From Hydrolagus colliei (Eukaryota), in the NCBI GenBank assembly GCA_035084275.1, contig CM068760.1:7688001-7752000 (forward strand): a DNA stretch of 64,000 bases, given 5' to 3'. Both the position numbers and the translations under genes were made by a program. The notes beneath the pieces are model-generated. The model did no database searches and was not told the origin of the DNA. It saw only the letters and a program-made list of their open reading frames with translations. Shown here piece by piece: positions 50,201-63,600 of this stretch. Each line of letters begins with the position of its first letter. The first letter of the stretch is position 1.

Positions 50201-52159
50201 CACATTTTTATTTCCATGAACGTGCAGATGATTTAGAATGCTTTCAGCCTGCAAAAACTAAAAGTTCGGATGCTACACGGAAACCAGGGCAGAAGAGGAA
50301 ATCGGGATCAGGATGGGTGGCTTCTTGGAAGAGCAAGAGAAGACATGAAATAATGGACTGAAGGACCAGTTATAGGAACAATTCACCATTCCAAAGGCCT
50401 TTCACGTTAATCTGGATCATCTGAACCTCAATTAATTCATCAATCTGAACCATTAACATCTCTCCTGAAGACCCACATCTCTAACAATGTGACTAACCCT
50501 CAGTAAACCACTGGAGCAGTGGCTTTGTTTCTGATCTACTTTTGGGCTAAAAAACTCACAAGTTCTGATCCTCAGCAAGCGTGTAGGATTAATCAGGGGC
50601 CAGCCATCACAATGGTTGTCTAGGAGCACCCAATGCCACTGGAACTTCGCCTTCTGACACCAGTTTGAGGGGGTGGTTGACGAAAATGGTATAAATCACA
50701 ACTGCCGCGGTAGATCTGGGTTGGATATGTGAAGGGCTCACAGGCTGATTCCTTCGTGAAAGCTCTCCCAGAAACTTTCCATTGACCCTATTCCAACATT
50801 ATTAACGAACACGAAAACATAGATGTACAGATAGCATTGGCACAGATTTGGCCAATGGCGTCTGTGTTACTGATACCTGATTTTTTCTAAATCACCCTTT
50901 TGTTATTAATCCTACTGTGCATCTCTCTCTTCCTCCCCCCATGCTACGCACAAAAATAAATAAATTCTAGTGACCCCAAGCTTTGGCTTTTGTCAACGAG
51001 CATCTAAATACTCTTCTGAATTAGCTAAGCAAAGTGTATTCCAGACACAGGGAGGTTTTCCTGTGTAGGTAGGGAGGGTGACAGACATGTGTGGAAGACC
51101 TCCCCTCACACACATATGCTTTAACAGTTTTATTGCTATGCAGCTCATCAGTTTGGAACACTTCTATCGATCCACAACCAACAGCTACTTGTGTAATAGA
51201 TTCTGATTGCAAGAGTTGCAGGTTAACGAAATAAGGCAATAGATTTAATAATAAATAATAGATTCGGGTGTTGAACTTTTTTTCATATTCCTCGTAAAAT
51301 GGAATATGGACTGACTATGCTCCCATCGATAAGAGTTAGTACACGGCATCCATGTAATTTTTGCTTGACTTTGCCCAGTGTTAATCGGTAGCAACAGTTT
51401 CAACAACTTGAAACTGATCAAAACAAAGTCAGGCTTCACGTAATGTGTCAGAAACACCTTTCATTCACACGCTATTATTCAAACAATGAGAAAAAAAAAC
51501 TCTTAACCCACAAAACAAGAGCAGAGCTTTCCATAACATTGCGTAACATTAAGGCCTTTCTGTCAGGTTGAGAACAAAGCTTCCCCACCACAAACAACCC
51601 CCCACCACTGAATTTGTAATTGCAAAGCATAAAATACCAGGCTTTCTGACTGCAATATAAGTTGTCTAATTGATACTCAAATTTCATCATTAAAACCAAC
51701 AGATAAAGCACACCTCAAATTGCTTCCGTTGAAACTTCTCAATTCAATTTAATCTAATACTCTCAGGGGGATTCGGTAGGCAGGGTGCATCTCTCCAGGG
51801 AGAGAGAGAATGTATTCTGTTCAGATACAAGGATATTTCTATGTGTAGGTGGCATACATTTGGGAAAAACTCTCCAATTTAATCTAAAATGCTACCATAA
51901 CCACCATCCTGTGTTAATACTTGTTTTTTTCAAATGGAATATAAATGATAGAACCTTTTTTAGTTTGGATGTGTTCGGTGTATGATACAAAAAGATTAAC
52001 AAACTTAAGACTGTCCAAACCAGACTGAGAGAAGAAATTCTCACCTTCAAGACCTCCCTCCCTCTCCGACCCCCTCATTCCCCAATCCACCATTTGGTTA
52101 CTCAGCTTGACTGCTGGTATCGAGCTTCTGTTTGTCACTCGCACTCTCCACTTACTCCA

Positions 52160-52440
52160 CCATCGGTTGTCTCGCTTTCAGCCACTACGCCCCCAAACTT
52201 TGGAACACTCAGTCCCTCCGCCTTAAACCCTAACCACCCACCCCTTACCTCTCTTGGTTTTTTCAAGCCATACATTAAAACCTTCCTTGTCGACTGTCAA
52301 ACTTACAAACAACTCCCCCACCCACACCCACCACCCCCCACCCCAGCTCGGAGTCAGGCTCCGCCACGGTTAAGCATTCTGAGATACTCCCCTGCATGGA
52401 GGGCACTGTATAAATGGAAGTTGTTGTTCTTGTTGTGGTT
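52160..52440 (+). mobile_element. L2 3' fragment
   Basis: CGCTTTCAGCC..TTTGGAAC..AAAACCTTCCT and tail GGCACTGTATAAATGGAAG(TTG)n. Confidence 0.8.
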
Positions 52441-52629
52441 GTGGAAGAACAGGGTCAATCGACTTCCGCTGGTCAGGCCTGATACAGAAACCGACAGCTC
52501 TTTGGAACGCACCAATCTAAAGTTCAAAACTAATGTTAAGAGCTGTCTATTTGGTCTTGATTTTGCCAATACTCCACTCTCCAGCTTCAACTCCCCCTTC
52601 CCTCAACCCCCCACTTCATTGAGATAATT

Positions 52630-55600
52630 ACTGAATGTTGAAGATCAACACTTTTCTCAATGCTGCTGTAGTTCTGCAAGCCTTGATGGTTGAATACGAG
52701 AGGATGGTTGAAGCTGGCCTTATGCCAGCCATGTGTGTTGTCATTTGCTTATCTGCGACTGGAGGGTGTACGAAAGCCTCAAAGATTACAAACGAATAAA
52801 GGAGAGCAGCACACACCGGTGAACCTGGGAAGAGCCTGACCTTTCTGCCAACGTATCTGTCATGTACAGCGCATTCCGCAGATTTCATGCATTTTACACC
52901 AAATTCATTTCTTATTAGGGTAAAGACATGTTGCTCTTAAAAGAGTTGATTTCATTAGCCGTGTCAACTATACCCAGAGAGCCGGTGTCGAATCTGCAAG
53001 GAGATAATAAAATTCCTGTTTCGCAGCTAAAATGCCCTGCAGCAGTTTTGACAATTTACATACAGAAAAGGAAACGCATTTTAATTTGCCGTGAGCGTGG
53101 ATGTGGGATATTTTTCAAGCAGCGAAAACTCCACTGGCCCCAGGTTGGATCGGAACCAAATTGGAACGAACCATTCTGCACAAATGTATCCACTGAAGAA
53201 CAAATTAAGTATCGGACATGCAGTTTCCGCACAGGGATCAACTTGTTCCTGTAGTTCGCCCCCTATTCCCTTCCAACATTCAAAATCCAATATAAACGCC
53301 TGACTTTTCAACTGTACTTTTAGTTACCTCCCACTCCCCAACTCAGGCTCCCAGTTATCTGAGTGACACTCTTTGACGTGTCCAATCGCTACAAAAGGTG
53401 CCATATTAACCTAAACTCTGGTTGTTCAGACCGAAACCATGAGAGCCTCCAATGTGTGTATGGTTTGGCAGGTCCTCCCGACGTGAAAGGCGCTCTATAA
53501 ATGTAATTTTGTTGTTGTTGTTGTGGGTTACGGCTCGCAAGAAGTTCTATTCTGTTGCCCTGGGAAGTATGCAAGGTGTCAGTATGAGATGAGTAAATAT
53601 GCCTGGTGAGGTTACGAATTGGTGTGTAGACAATGTTTTATTGTTTAAAATGGTCAGTAGATAGATCTCCCCGGCTGATGTGGAGAGGTAATTTGATTTG
53701 GAAAAGGTTGGAGACCATTTTAGACAGGAACCTCAGTCAGCCTTTTTTTTTTCACACAACGCCCCCCCCGTCGTCGTCCCCGTCCCCGTTTACACCAATG
53801 TGGACCTTCCCCCTGGACTAAAGTGTAATGGTTTTTCTAGACAAGTAATCAGCATCCCGGGGTTTGGAAAACCTGTCCCAGAATTTGAAAATTTCACCCA
53901 GCGTTTGTCTGACAGATGAATCGGAAAATGTCTGGTCTGGTCACAGGGCTGACGTGGCAGGGGATAGGAACGTGGGAAGGTGTTGACGTTCATTTTTTTG
54001 TATATTCCTCTGGCGTGGCACTTGTGCAAGGTTTAGTCACTGCACGTTCTCTGGCTGGGAAGTAGACAGGAAATAGATGACTCTTTACTTCTGGCTCTTC
54101 CTTGCAGTTGCCGATGATTAATGAAGGCTATTTTTCTCCAAGTCTCATTCTGTTACCGTCAGAGTTAAGTGGGTTGCAGACAATAACAAACAAGCAACTG
54201 CCTTGGCCTGGGGCAGCCAAGCGCAAACCTGGGCACAAATCATATGCGACGTGTATAGTCAAAACACATGGAAGTGGAAATGCAGCTGCTGGACAAGGGT
54301 TTGGGTTAATCCAGAGAGGCAGAGGGAATCGGCTATCTGAAAGGGATTTCTCCTGTGAATCTACTGGAGGGTTTAATATTTCAAGGATTTTTCATGCCGT
54401 TCAAACCATTAGCGGAATTCCAAGTCACAGCTATGTGTTGTTCCGTCCTGGCAAGTCGAGGGAACACCATGGTAGGGTCCAAATGGATTAGCCAATGCCC
54501 GCAAAGAGAGACTTGTTACGCAATGGACATTTAAAGTGAGGAAGTGGGTGATAGTAAATGGTTAGTGAGTCAGTAAAAGCAAAGATTTTTTTTGCTTCTG
54601 AGATTCTCAACAATGTGATAATGCACGATATTATCCACAAATATATTTCACCCACAAATCTACAGTCAATTCACTTTACAGTATATTCTGTGAAGCACTT
54701 TGAGACGTCAATAATATGTGTAAAGCGCTATAGCAAATGCAAGGATTATTGTTGTTACTAAAGTAACCTGTTGCAGGTATACCCAGAAATACTGTGGTCC
54801 TAATTTGAGGACGTTTCTGAAGAGGATAACCCAACAAGGAATCCAAGTCTCGGAACCCCTTCTAGTAGTCAGAAATATCTCGTATTCAATATTGAGTTCC
54901 CACTAGAGCGACAGGAATTCACAGTAGTTGGGAGTTGTCGCTTTCGAAGGAATATCTAAGCAAGTGGTTCATTGAAACAGATTCGCAGATTAAAGTTTTC
55001 TAAAATTAGATATTGATTTATTATTAGTAGTAGTATTTATTTGCTTGTTTATTTAATTGATTAACATAAAGTCTGGGACAATACAGAAGATTTATAAAGA
55101 ACTAAAACAGAAGCAGGATGCAGACCTTGAATCTCACAACATTAAATCAGTTCACATTGAAAATTAACTGCGCAGGGAGGAGTGGGTACACAAAGCCCAG
55201 TGTTTAAGCTGGTTAAAGGGAATCAATCATTTGACGTACAGTGACTGCAATATTTGGGGGACAAGAAAACAAAGATTGGTTTGGGGAAAAGGCAGTCAAA
55301 GAACCAATGACATGATACAAGTTAAAGTACACTGTATGTGATCAGTACAAGGAGATCTTTATATTTTGCTTGGTCAACTAGAAAGGACTATCACCTGATG
55401 CAGTAAGTATTGACTCGACTCAAGCATTTGAAAGGGAACTTAATTAGTTCCTGATTCAGCAAAGAGGAGAGGATATGGATTTGGGTTAGGGAGCAAATGA
55501 AAAATGGTCAAATGGAGCTGGATAATTGACGAAGCTATATATTCGTTTAGCAGCTTTTTCTCATTCTTTGCTGCACTCCGGGACAGGATGAGATGAAGAA

Positions 55601-55750
55601 AAACAAATTGCCAACAGAGATTTGATTGTAATTGATGGCGAATCCTTACATGTAAAATTAATTTTAAATTAGACCGGTGTTCCAATTGTGGTAAATAATA
55701 GCTCTTCATCTGACCATTGATTAAAATCCATCAACAAATCTAATTATTAA
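52630..55750 (-). mobile_element. Degraded RTEX-like LINE ORF2
   Basis: PECSKE*EK (PWFDxECxxxK), CPILNLFFSG..FSLLEK..TLTA, FSCETGILLS, IFEAFVHPPV..KACRTTAALRK. Confidence 0.5.
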
Positions 55751-58700
55751 ACACCTGCTGCTTGCTTCGTTTATTTAATAAATGGTTGCAGGAAGTGCGG
55801 TTTAATTCAAATTAGCAAGTTTAATTCAAGTTGGTTATGGTGAAAGACAATTACAATGTGCTCGGGTTCATTTGTGTTTAAACATCTATATCGCCACAGC
55901 AATGCTAAAAAGTTCTACCAAGATCGAGTGAACTGACGGAACAGTGTGGTTAAACTGAATTGCATCCTCACCCTGTTTTGCTAGGTTCCTGTAGTGCTTT
56001 CACTGGGGATCTTCTCCTTAGCCGAACAATTCTTCACACCACGAGTAATATAACTCTAGCATCTCAAAATAATGCCTGTAGCTCAGAATCCCCATTTGCT
56101 AGTCAAAGTAGGCAGGATATTTTCCAAATCGCATTCACCACTACATGCTTCATTCTCCAGTACTGCGCCGAAATTGAATGAATTCACTTGATTTAAATTA
56201 AAGCACCTTGTGAGATTTGATTTCAAGTAAAAGAGTCAGTTAAAAGCCCAAGTCCCACATTGGGAGACTTTGAGCTCATAGTCTGAGCTGCATTACTTGG
56301 AGGTGTCACTTCATAGCTATTCATAGCTTTGGGCTCTGGCCTGCTCCATATCCCCCAACCAGCCCGCCCACCATTAGCAGTCAGACCTTCAGCCTCTCCT
56401 CCCCCACAACCCTATGGAACTCCATCCCACAGTCCCTTGAGCCTGGGCACAAATTGGTTGTCATTTTTGCTGACAAATAGACAGTCACTACACATTACAG
56501 AAAACTCTGTGAAACACTTTGAGAGTTTTCATCATCGCCCTGTCTGGAATCGAACCCAAGACTTTCACTCGTGTAAGTTAAAGATCTTATGACATGAGAT
56601 CAAAAAGTGAAGGGATTTTCTTCCAGTATCCTGGTTGACAATCCTTCAGATGAATTGATCATGCATTTTATAACTGTGGAATGTGGAAGCGGTGTAGAAA
56701 TTTGTCTAACCAAATACAAACTAATAGTCATTAAATCTGTCAGCAATTATCTGGGAAGTATTTTGAGATGTTTCCACATTATAGTTTCTGTATCAAATTC
56801 TGTATCAAATGAATCCACATATCGTTCTGAAACATGAGTGCTGAGTTTTTCACTTGCGGAAATAAATGTATTTTTAAAAGCTGGGTGGGCCCTAATCACA
56901 TCACATGTGAGGGATGGGCGAAGAGCCCAAATTCTAAATCAAAGTGACAGATTGTATCAAGGCAGGTTAACAATTTTCTGTTTTCTGCCATTTCACGAAT
57001 CCTATCACAAGTCTCCCCCCACTCTCCCCAAATGTCACAGCGGGTGGCAAACAAAATCCTGCTGCCTCTGGCTATAAAACAGAAAGAAACAAAGGGTGAT
57101 TTACATTCATATATACATTAACTTTAATTGTGTCCATCCAAGCACACGTTGTTGAGTCAAATAAAGTTTCACAGATTCCACAGATCCACCTGACCCTGGA
57201 AAATCCAGAGACTATTTTGCCTTTGATGTGCACTGTTCATTTTGACTGTGTAATGAAGAAGGGTCAAGGTAGCTGTATGCTTATAATGTCGCAGAAAATT
57301 GGAGCCATGCTCCTTAATGTGGGCGAAATTAATGTAGAAATTTCACCTGTGGCAAATGCAATGGTTAGGAGTTGCTGTCACTTTGCCTTGTGTTTTGTGA
57401 CCTTCAATTTCAGAGGCTGGAATTTCAACCCTTAAAGAATCCAAAAGCCACAATCTTCGGCATATTGATCTTTATCAACCCTCCTCAAAGTGCGTGTGGC
57501 CCTAATCGATTTATTGCTCAGCACTGAAAAAAAGTAGCAATTAATCTTTTAAAACAAACTCCTGACCTGCGATATTTCAAACAAAATACCCAATTCCTTG
57601 TTAAAATGCAATTTCAAGGTTTACAATTTTGAATTACGCATTTGAAATGTCATTGCCAATTGTGTTACTTGCTTCTTTCTGAAAGACGCATTCCCACAGA
57701 GGTGATAGCAGCTAAATCCTCGCAATGTATTTCACATTAGTTATTCAACCCATGACATAATTCATTGAAACAGTAGAAGACACATCATTTTGCCAATACA
57801 ATTTAAGGTGTAAAGTCAGAAGCTTGAACTTCTGAACGCTACATTTTAATTAGAAATCCATTTGCTGACAGAATTTAAAATGTATGTTGTTCAATTTGTG
57901 ACTTAACTTCAAAAGGTATGGAGGGTAATTAGTTTATCCAGCTCCCTTTCAGGAACTCATTCATGTAATGTGACACAAACGTAAATTATTATTGCTTATA
58001 GCAAAATGAGGTAGTTACAATGAAATAAGAGATTATATTGCCTAGAAGGATCTGATTCAAACACACACATACAGTGCTACCAAGGAAGGGGTTATTGCTG
58101 ATTTAAATAATCCACGGGCATCTCAGACTTTTGAAATGCATGGTGCGTCTTCACAGCCGCACAAAGACTGTTCCTTAGCGCAGAATACAGGACACTTAAA
58201 TTTCCAATGTCATGTTTTCAGTGAAACAAAATGATTTTACATTGACATTATGTGTATAAGATTTGCCAGACCAGCAAATCAAAGGCTCGCGCACGTCAAG
58301 GCTGCAAATTGGTGAGAGTGCCTGAAGATGGGAGGCTCCGGTACTCAGTGACTGCTGGTGAAGTTCATGGTGACATGCTATTACTGTCCCTGAAGGTAGA
58401 AAACCTGTTAGTTCTGCTATGGAGTTTCATAAGCTTTACATCTGCTGAGGGTGCCTGGAGGCAACAACTCTCCTGGTGAGCTTCAGTGGCTGAAGGCTGC
58501 GAAAGATTTGTTGGGGAACGCAGGATTTTGCATTCCTTACGAGAAGGTTCACTAACTCCAGAACGCACGTCCTCTCTTGGGTCAAAATCGTTTCTTCCCC
58601 TCAAACTCAGAAAATAGTTTGAGCAGAAAGATTGACTTCTTTATTTACTTTATTTTTGAATAACAGTCCTTCCTTCCTTCCACCTTTGTTGTTTAACGTG

Positions 58701-58854
58701 AGAAATTATCCTGAGGGGAATGTGCACATCAGATGACATTATGATACTTCACTGACCTGATGTGAAGCATGGAATGAGAAAAGGCCATTCAACACAAGAT
58801 CACACAAACAGTTCAGATGAAGAATGTCCTTTTGGCTCTTCTGTTCTCATCCTC

Positions 58855-59100
58855 GGGGACTTTGAGCTAACAGCTCATAGCCTGACTCTACACTGCAGTA
58901 CTTGGGATGTGTATGTGCTGCATTGTCGGAGGTCCTGTCCTTCAGATAAGATATTACACCGAGATCTTGTCTGCCTCTTCAGGCATTAAGAGCAGGTTTG
59001 TTTCTCCCAGTGTCCTTTCCAACAAACCCCCCCAATTGGAACTGGACATCCATTTCAAGGCGCTCTATCAAATTCAAGAATTATTATTATTATTATTTCT
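58855..59100 (+). mobile_element. Older Deu-domain SINE fragment
   Basis: TGCAGTACT..GTGCTGCATTGTCGGAGGT..TTCAGATAAGATATTA..CCGAG, then a tail ending in (ATT)n. Confidence 0.7.
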
Positions 59101-59574
59101 CATATTAATCATCAGATTAATGGTGTCGATTAGCCCTGTGTGGAAGGCTATATAAATCTTTCCCCGAGTCCTTGCTGAATCCCAAAGGGGTGGCACTACA
59201 ACAACAACAACAACAACAGTAAATTACAGTTGTATATCGCCTTTCACGTCAGGACATCCTCCCAAAGAGCTGGTAAGAAGCCAGTGTCACTATGAGTCCA
59301 AATCATCCCCTCCTCAGAAAAGCTAAAGCCAGATTTTAAATAAGAAATTAATCTTTCTTCAGAGATTTTTAATTTTTTTTGCAAATTAATCGGCTTCGAT
59401 GATTCTGAGGAGAATAAAGCAGAATAAAATTTGAAGCATTAAAGCTATTTTAGGCAGTAATGGAACTCGGTACTGAGCGGTTGAACAGCTGTGTTCTGTT
59501 GAGGATACTTGAAAACATGAGCTTGAGGTCGATAGTTCTTTCTGGATTTTTTAATACTGAATTAAACAAAAATA

Positions 59575-59755
59575 AATAAATTTATAACTAAATTTCAATC
59601 CACAACTGTTTGTGGGGACGCTGCTGTGCACAATTAGCTGCCGCATTTTGCCCACAAATATACAGTCAATTCAATTCACAGTATATACTGTGGAGCGCTT
59701 TGAGACGTCTAGCGAAAAGTGCTGTAACAATTACAAGGATTATTACTATTTATTA
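59575..59755 (+). mobile_element. SINE family A, 3' half
   Basis: TTCAATCCACAACTGTTTGTGGGGACGCTGCTGTG...CAAGGATTATT. Confidence 0.9.
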
Positions 59756-62093
59756 TGGTTTCCTCCACTGAGTTGCAGCTGTTTCTGTCAGTCACTCTCC
59801 TTAAATTGGCAAACAAAGAATTTGTACATTGGAGTTGTTGTCTGTCTTACAGGGCTCAATGATAGACAACAGGATAATGATAGCATAATGATCTTTTCTT
59901 TTTCCCCCAGCATTAATGATGTTTTCTGGTTTAAGAATACTAAATATTGGATTACCCCCAACAAACAGACTCGTGTCATTTAGATTCCCATCAGGTTTGG
60001 AAATGAGTTTAATTAAAGCAGTAAGCTATTAAACAGTGCTGATCAAACCACAATGCAAATGTTTGTATTCCAAACAAATTCATCTTAGCATTCACAGCAG
60101 TCTCTGGCTGTCAGGGCCGCTGTAAGGTTTGCTTGTTGCTTGTCAAAAGCGTATCAGAATGCAGTCACCTCGAAGTGCCTTTTAATGAGTTGTACAACCG
60201 CAATGTTAATGGAAAAGGTAATGACATTGGGAAGTGTGGGGATGGGGAATGATTCAGGGAAGCGATGACATGGGACGATGGGTTGACACTGGAGATGGGA
60301 TGAAACCGGCAATCGAATGGGATGCAATGACATTGGCTATTTTACGGAATGACATTGCTGCTACTGCGACTTGACACACTGCAGCTATCCTTCCACGGAC
60401 ATTGATATTTTCATGTCCATTGATAGGACACCCCACCTGTCACAGTGTCCTATCAATGAAAATATTAATGTTTCTAAACCGTATCCATATTGTACTCAAT
60501 GATAATCGGAGAAATAACAATCACGCTCGCAACTCATTACAGCTGAATGTACAAATGGTCTATTGTTTAATATTCAAAACAGTTTGGAAACACTGCCCTA
60601 TTAAATTCTAATGCTACTTACAAGTACAGCAGATTAAAATAGGATTGTAAATCTGGTACATTGTGACAGGAGCCACACATGAAGTATGATGCAATTTTGC
60701 ATTGAAAACCAGAAGGCATAAAATAGCGGAGAAAGCAGTGATAAATATTTAGTGCTACATGGTGGAATTTATGTATATATACATATATATTTTATATATA
60801 TGCACATTTTTATTTCTGTCTCTTTGAAAAAATCAGCACATGAAACTATTAATTTTCTGTGTCTCTAAATCTACATGCATAAGAACAGCACTGGTCCATA
60901 TTTTCAAATATTAGGTATCTAGGGATGGCAAGATCCACAATAAACATGACACAGATTTAGAATTGCATTAGACTTTCAGTGCCTCTTCTTAAACCCGTCC
61001 AATTTTTGCTTCGCCTGAAAGAAAGGAACGTTGGCAGTTTTCAACTAGATAGAAGTTGTTTTAAATAACAGATAGTTAACATCTTACCAGAGGCAACATT
61101 CACCGCCATTAATTAACAAATAAAGGCAGGTGGATTCATCAGATTGAAATCAATGCTTTTACTGGGCTACTGTACTTCCTCACTCACTACTTTCCTTGGC
61201 TGTTTGAGAATGTGAAATTGACTGATGGAATAGTAGCAGAAATGGTCAATGTATTTAAGAGGAACTTTGATGTCCATTGTCAAGGTAGAGTGGGAATAGA
61301 AGGTTAGGAGGGAGTCTTATTATTAATAATATTGGTAGTAGTATTATTAGGATGATTGAGGGCTCGAGCGAAGTGTAAACACCAACCTGAACTGCTCCTG
61401 TGATGTATATATATAAATAGGTCCATGTAATTTTATGCACCACTGACTTATCAGGTAACCTGTTATCAACTGCCAAGGCTCCCAGTTTTTGAGTCTTTGA
61501 CATGTGTGTTCAGTTAGCAACAGATCCACAGTTTCTACTCTCATCCACGAGTTCTCACTGTTTCCAAGAGGAGGTGAAAATTTGAAGCCCCCTCTTTCAT
61601 TTCTTCCAAGTTTTATCATGGCTTCCTATCGTACTGAGAGCAGCGTCGCTTTGTGCAAATTGACAGTTGAGCCAATCTTGCTTTCCTTGCCAATCGCCAG
61701 TCAGCAGGTTTTTTTTAAAAAAATATTTCCCCCGCCACCCTCCGTCTGTTAATTAGCAATCAGTCAAAGTTTTTAAAAAATTGGCGGGTGTCTCAATTTC
61801 TTTTGGCACATTTGAAGTTGTCCTGGAATAAACATTTATTTACATTCCAGAATAACAATCCTGTGAGACTGATGGTGTGTGTGCGAGAGTGAGCCTGGCT
61901 GGAACTCCCTTCCTCACTCCCTTCGCCTCGGCCCTTCTCTTGTCCTAGTTTCAGGTCTCGGCTAAAGACCTATCTTTTCGGTCTTTTCGAACACCACGCC
62001 TTCGGTCACTTTCTCCCCCTGCCCCCTGGCTCGGGCATGGGATCCATTATTGTGAAACGCCCTCCCGGCGTGGAGTCAGGGCTCTATATATGT

Positions 62094-62438
62094 GGAGCTC
62101 CTGTGGCTCAGTGGTTAGAGCACTTGTCTTGCAAGCTGGGGAGACCAAGCTGGGGAGACCTGTGTTCGAATCCAGGCAGGTCAGGGCGAAACCTTGGGCA
62201 AGTTTCCTTACTCCACACGCCTAATAATAATCCCTCAAAAAAAAAAATAATAATAAAATTGGTCATTTCAATCCACGACTGTCTGTGGGACGCTGCTGTG
62301 CGCAATCAGCTGCCGCGATTCGCCCACAAATATATACAGTCAATTCACTTTACAGTATATTCTGTGAAGCGCTTTGGGACGTTGATAAAATGTGGAAAGC
62401 GCTGTATCAAATGCAAGGATTATTATTATTATTATTAT
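62094..62438 (+). mobile_element. tRNA-derived SINE (family A), full length, inserted in an L2 tail
   Basis: Intact A and B boxes; 14-bp internal tandem duplication; host L2 tail runs ~61890-62093 and resumes at TAAATCCAAG(TTG)n. Confidence 0.97.
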
Positions 62439-62639
62439 ATAAATCCAAGTTGTTGCTGTTGTTGTTGTATGGCAAGAGGGGGAAGAGACAACCTGAAATT
62501 GGCCCCAATGAGATTCACTCAATGTGACGAAACCAAACTTTGTGGCCCCTCCAAAAAAAAACATCTTTCCCCTGATCCCCAGAACAAAATTGACAGCCGA
62601 TAACTTATTATTATTAACAGCTGGCAAAACATATGAAAG

Positions 62640-63600
62640 CTCATGTCTACCAATGACTTCAAGGGAAGCCTAAGGCATCAATTGTAATGGAGGTGGACAG
62701 GTGAGCTGTGAGGGGTTCTGGATACATCTCTCTCAGAGCCCAGTGCCTCGTGTCATTAAAGTGCATTTTCGAATGAAAGGGCGGTGGGAGGAACATGGTG
62801 GGTGGGGTGGGTGTTGAGGTGATGTGTCGGGGGGAAGAGAGAGAGAGGCAGAGGGAACTGAATTAGTCTAAGTGATTAACCATACAGGGATATTATAACT
62901 CAGATGGGAGCAGATTGACTGCAGCTTTCTCTTCACCTAACGACTGTGCCAGCATTTTAAACACCATGGAGTCACCACACTGATGGTGTTGATTAATTTA
63001 AAGCTGTTAGAGACAGAGGACAGTCGGCAAACCATCAGTTAGTTACAGCTGCTGTCGCTCCACATTCCTGCCACACATCTGCTTCCAGCTCAATTAGTCA
63101 TCTGTCAACATCTCCACCAGCAAAAGAGAAGTACATTCTCTCACCAGGATCTGAAAGCAATTCATTTCTCCACGCTCTCTCTCTCTCTCCTGTGGAAGGA
63201 CAACCTTTTTTAAGCTCACTTTAATTATCTTCCCTCCGGGCTTGGTTTAAACAAAACCGTTGTTGCTTCGCACATGCGAAAGGGAAAGTTAGGGGGAGGG
63301 TGGGAGGGGAGGAGGAGAATAAAAAAGAGGGGTATCCATTAAACACTTTCTTTAAAGTTACACTTATCCCTCAGACCGCTTCAGTCGAACTTGTCGATTT
63401 TCGCCACGGCTATTCCATTGCTGTAAATATAACTCAAATCTAAAATAATCCTCCTGTGCCAAGTGGAAACTGTAGAAGGTTTGTTCCGGATTGTAATTGA
63501 AAGGCTCTGGATCTTTATGGCTGCTGGAAGCAATGGTTAAGGTTTGTAACTGGTTGAGTAATCCTCCTATCGTTTGGTAAAAGCAAATTGCTTAAACACC
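62640..63600 (-). mobile_element. Degraded Crack/CR1-like LINE RT region
   Basis: NHCFQQ, IILDLS..KFD*SGLRDK..ESV, NELL..YFSFAGG (NDL..LFADD), N*WFADCPLSL (WFxxNxLSLN). Confidence 0.55.

Larger units (their letters stand above)
58250..61700 (+). mobile_element. Degraded RTEX-like LINE ORF2 (APE + RT)
   Basis: APE: YKICQ..QGCKLVRV..GDMLLL..GSLTPERT. RT: IENQKA*NSGESSDKYLVL (ExQxGFRxGxSTxDxxFVL, ~60700), LKKSAHETINFLCL*I (KAFDTI..LW), CIRL..RLKERNVGSFQL, GLLY. Confidence 0.58.

Noticed and set aside
7164-50724. Shared 16-mer GGTAGATCTGGGTTGG at ~7164 and ~50709
   Set aside because: Similarity does not extend into the flanks; treated as chance.
58365-58604. Minus-strand terminal exon (79 aa ORF)
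   Set aside because: Poor acceptor, and the plus strand is better explained as a degraded APE domain.
62094-62175. tRNA genes (also at 13213 and ~4720-4787)
   Set aside because: The A/B boxes continue into SINE body and tail, with no closing acceptor stem.
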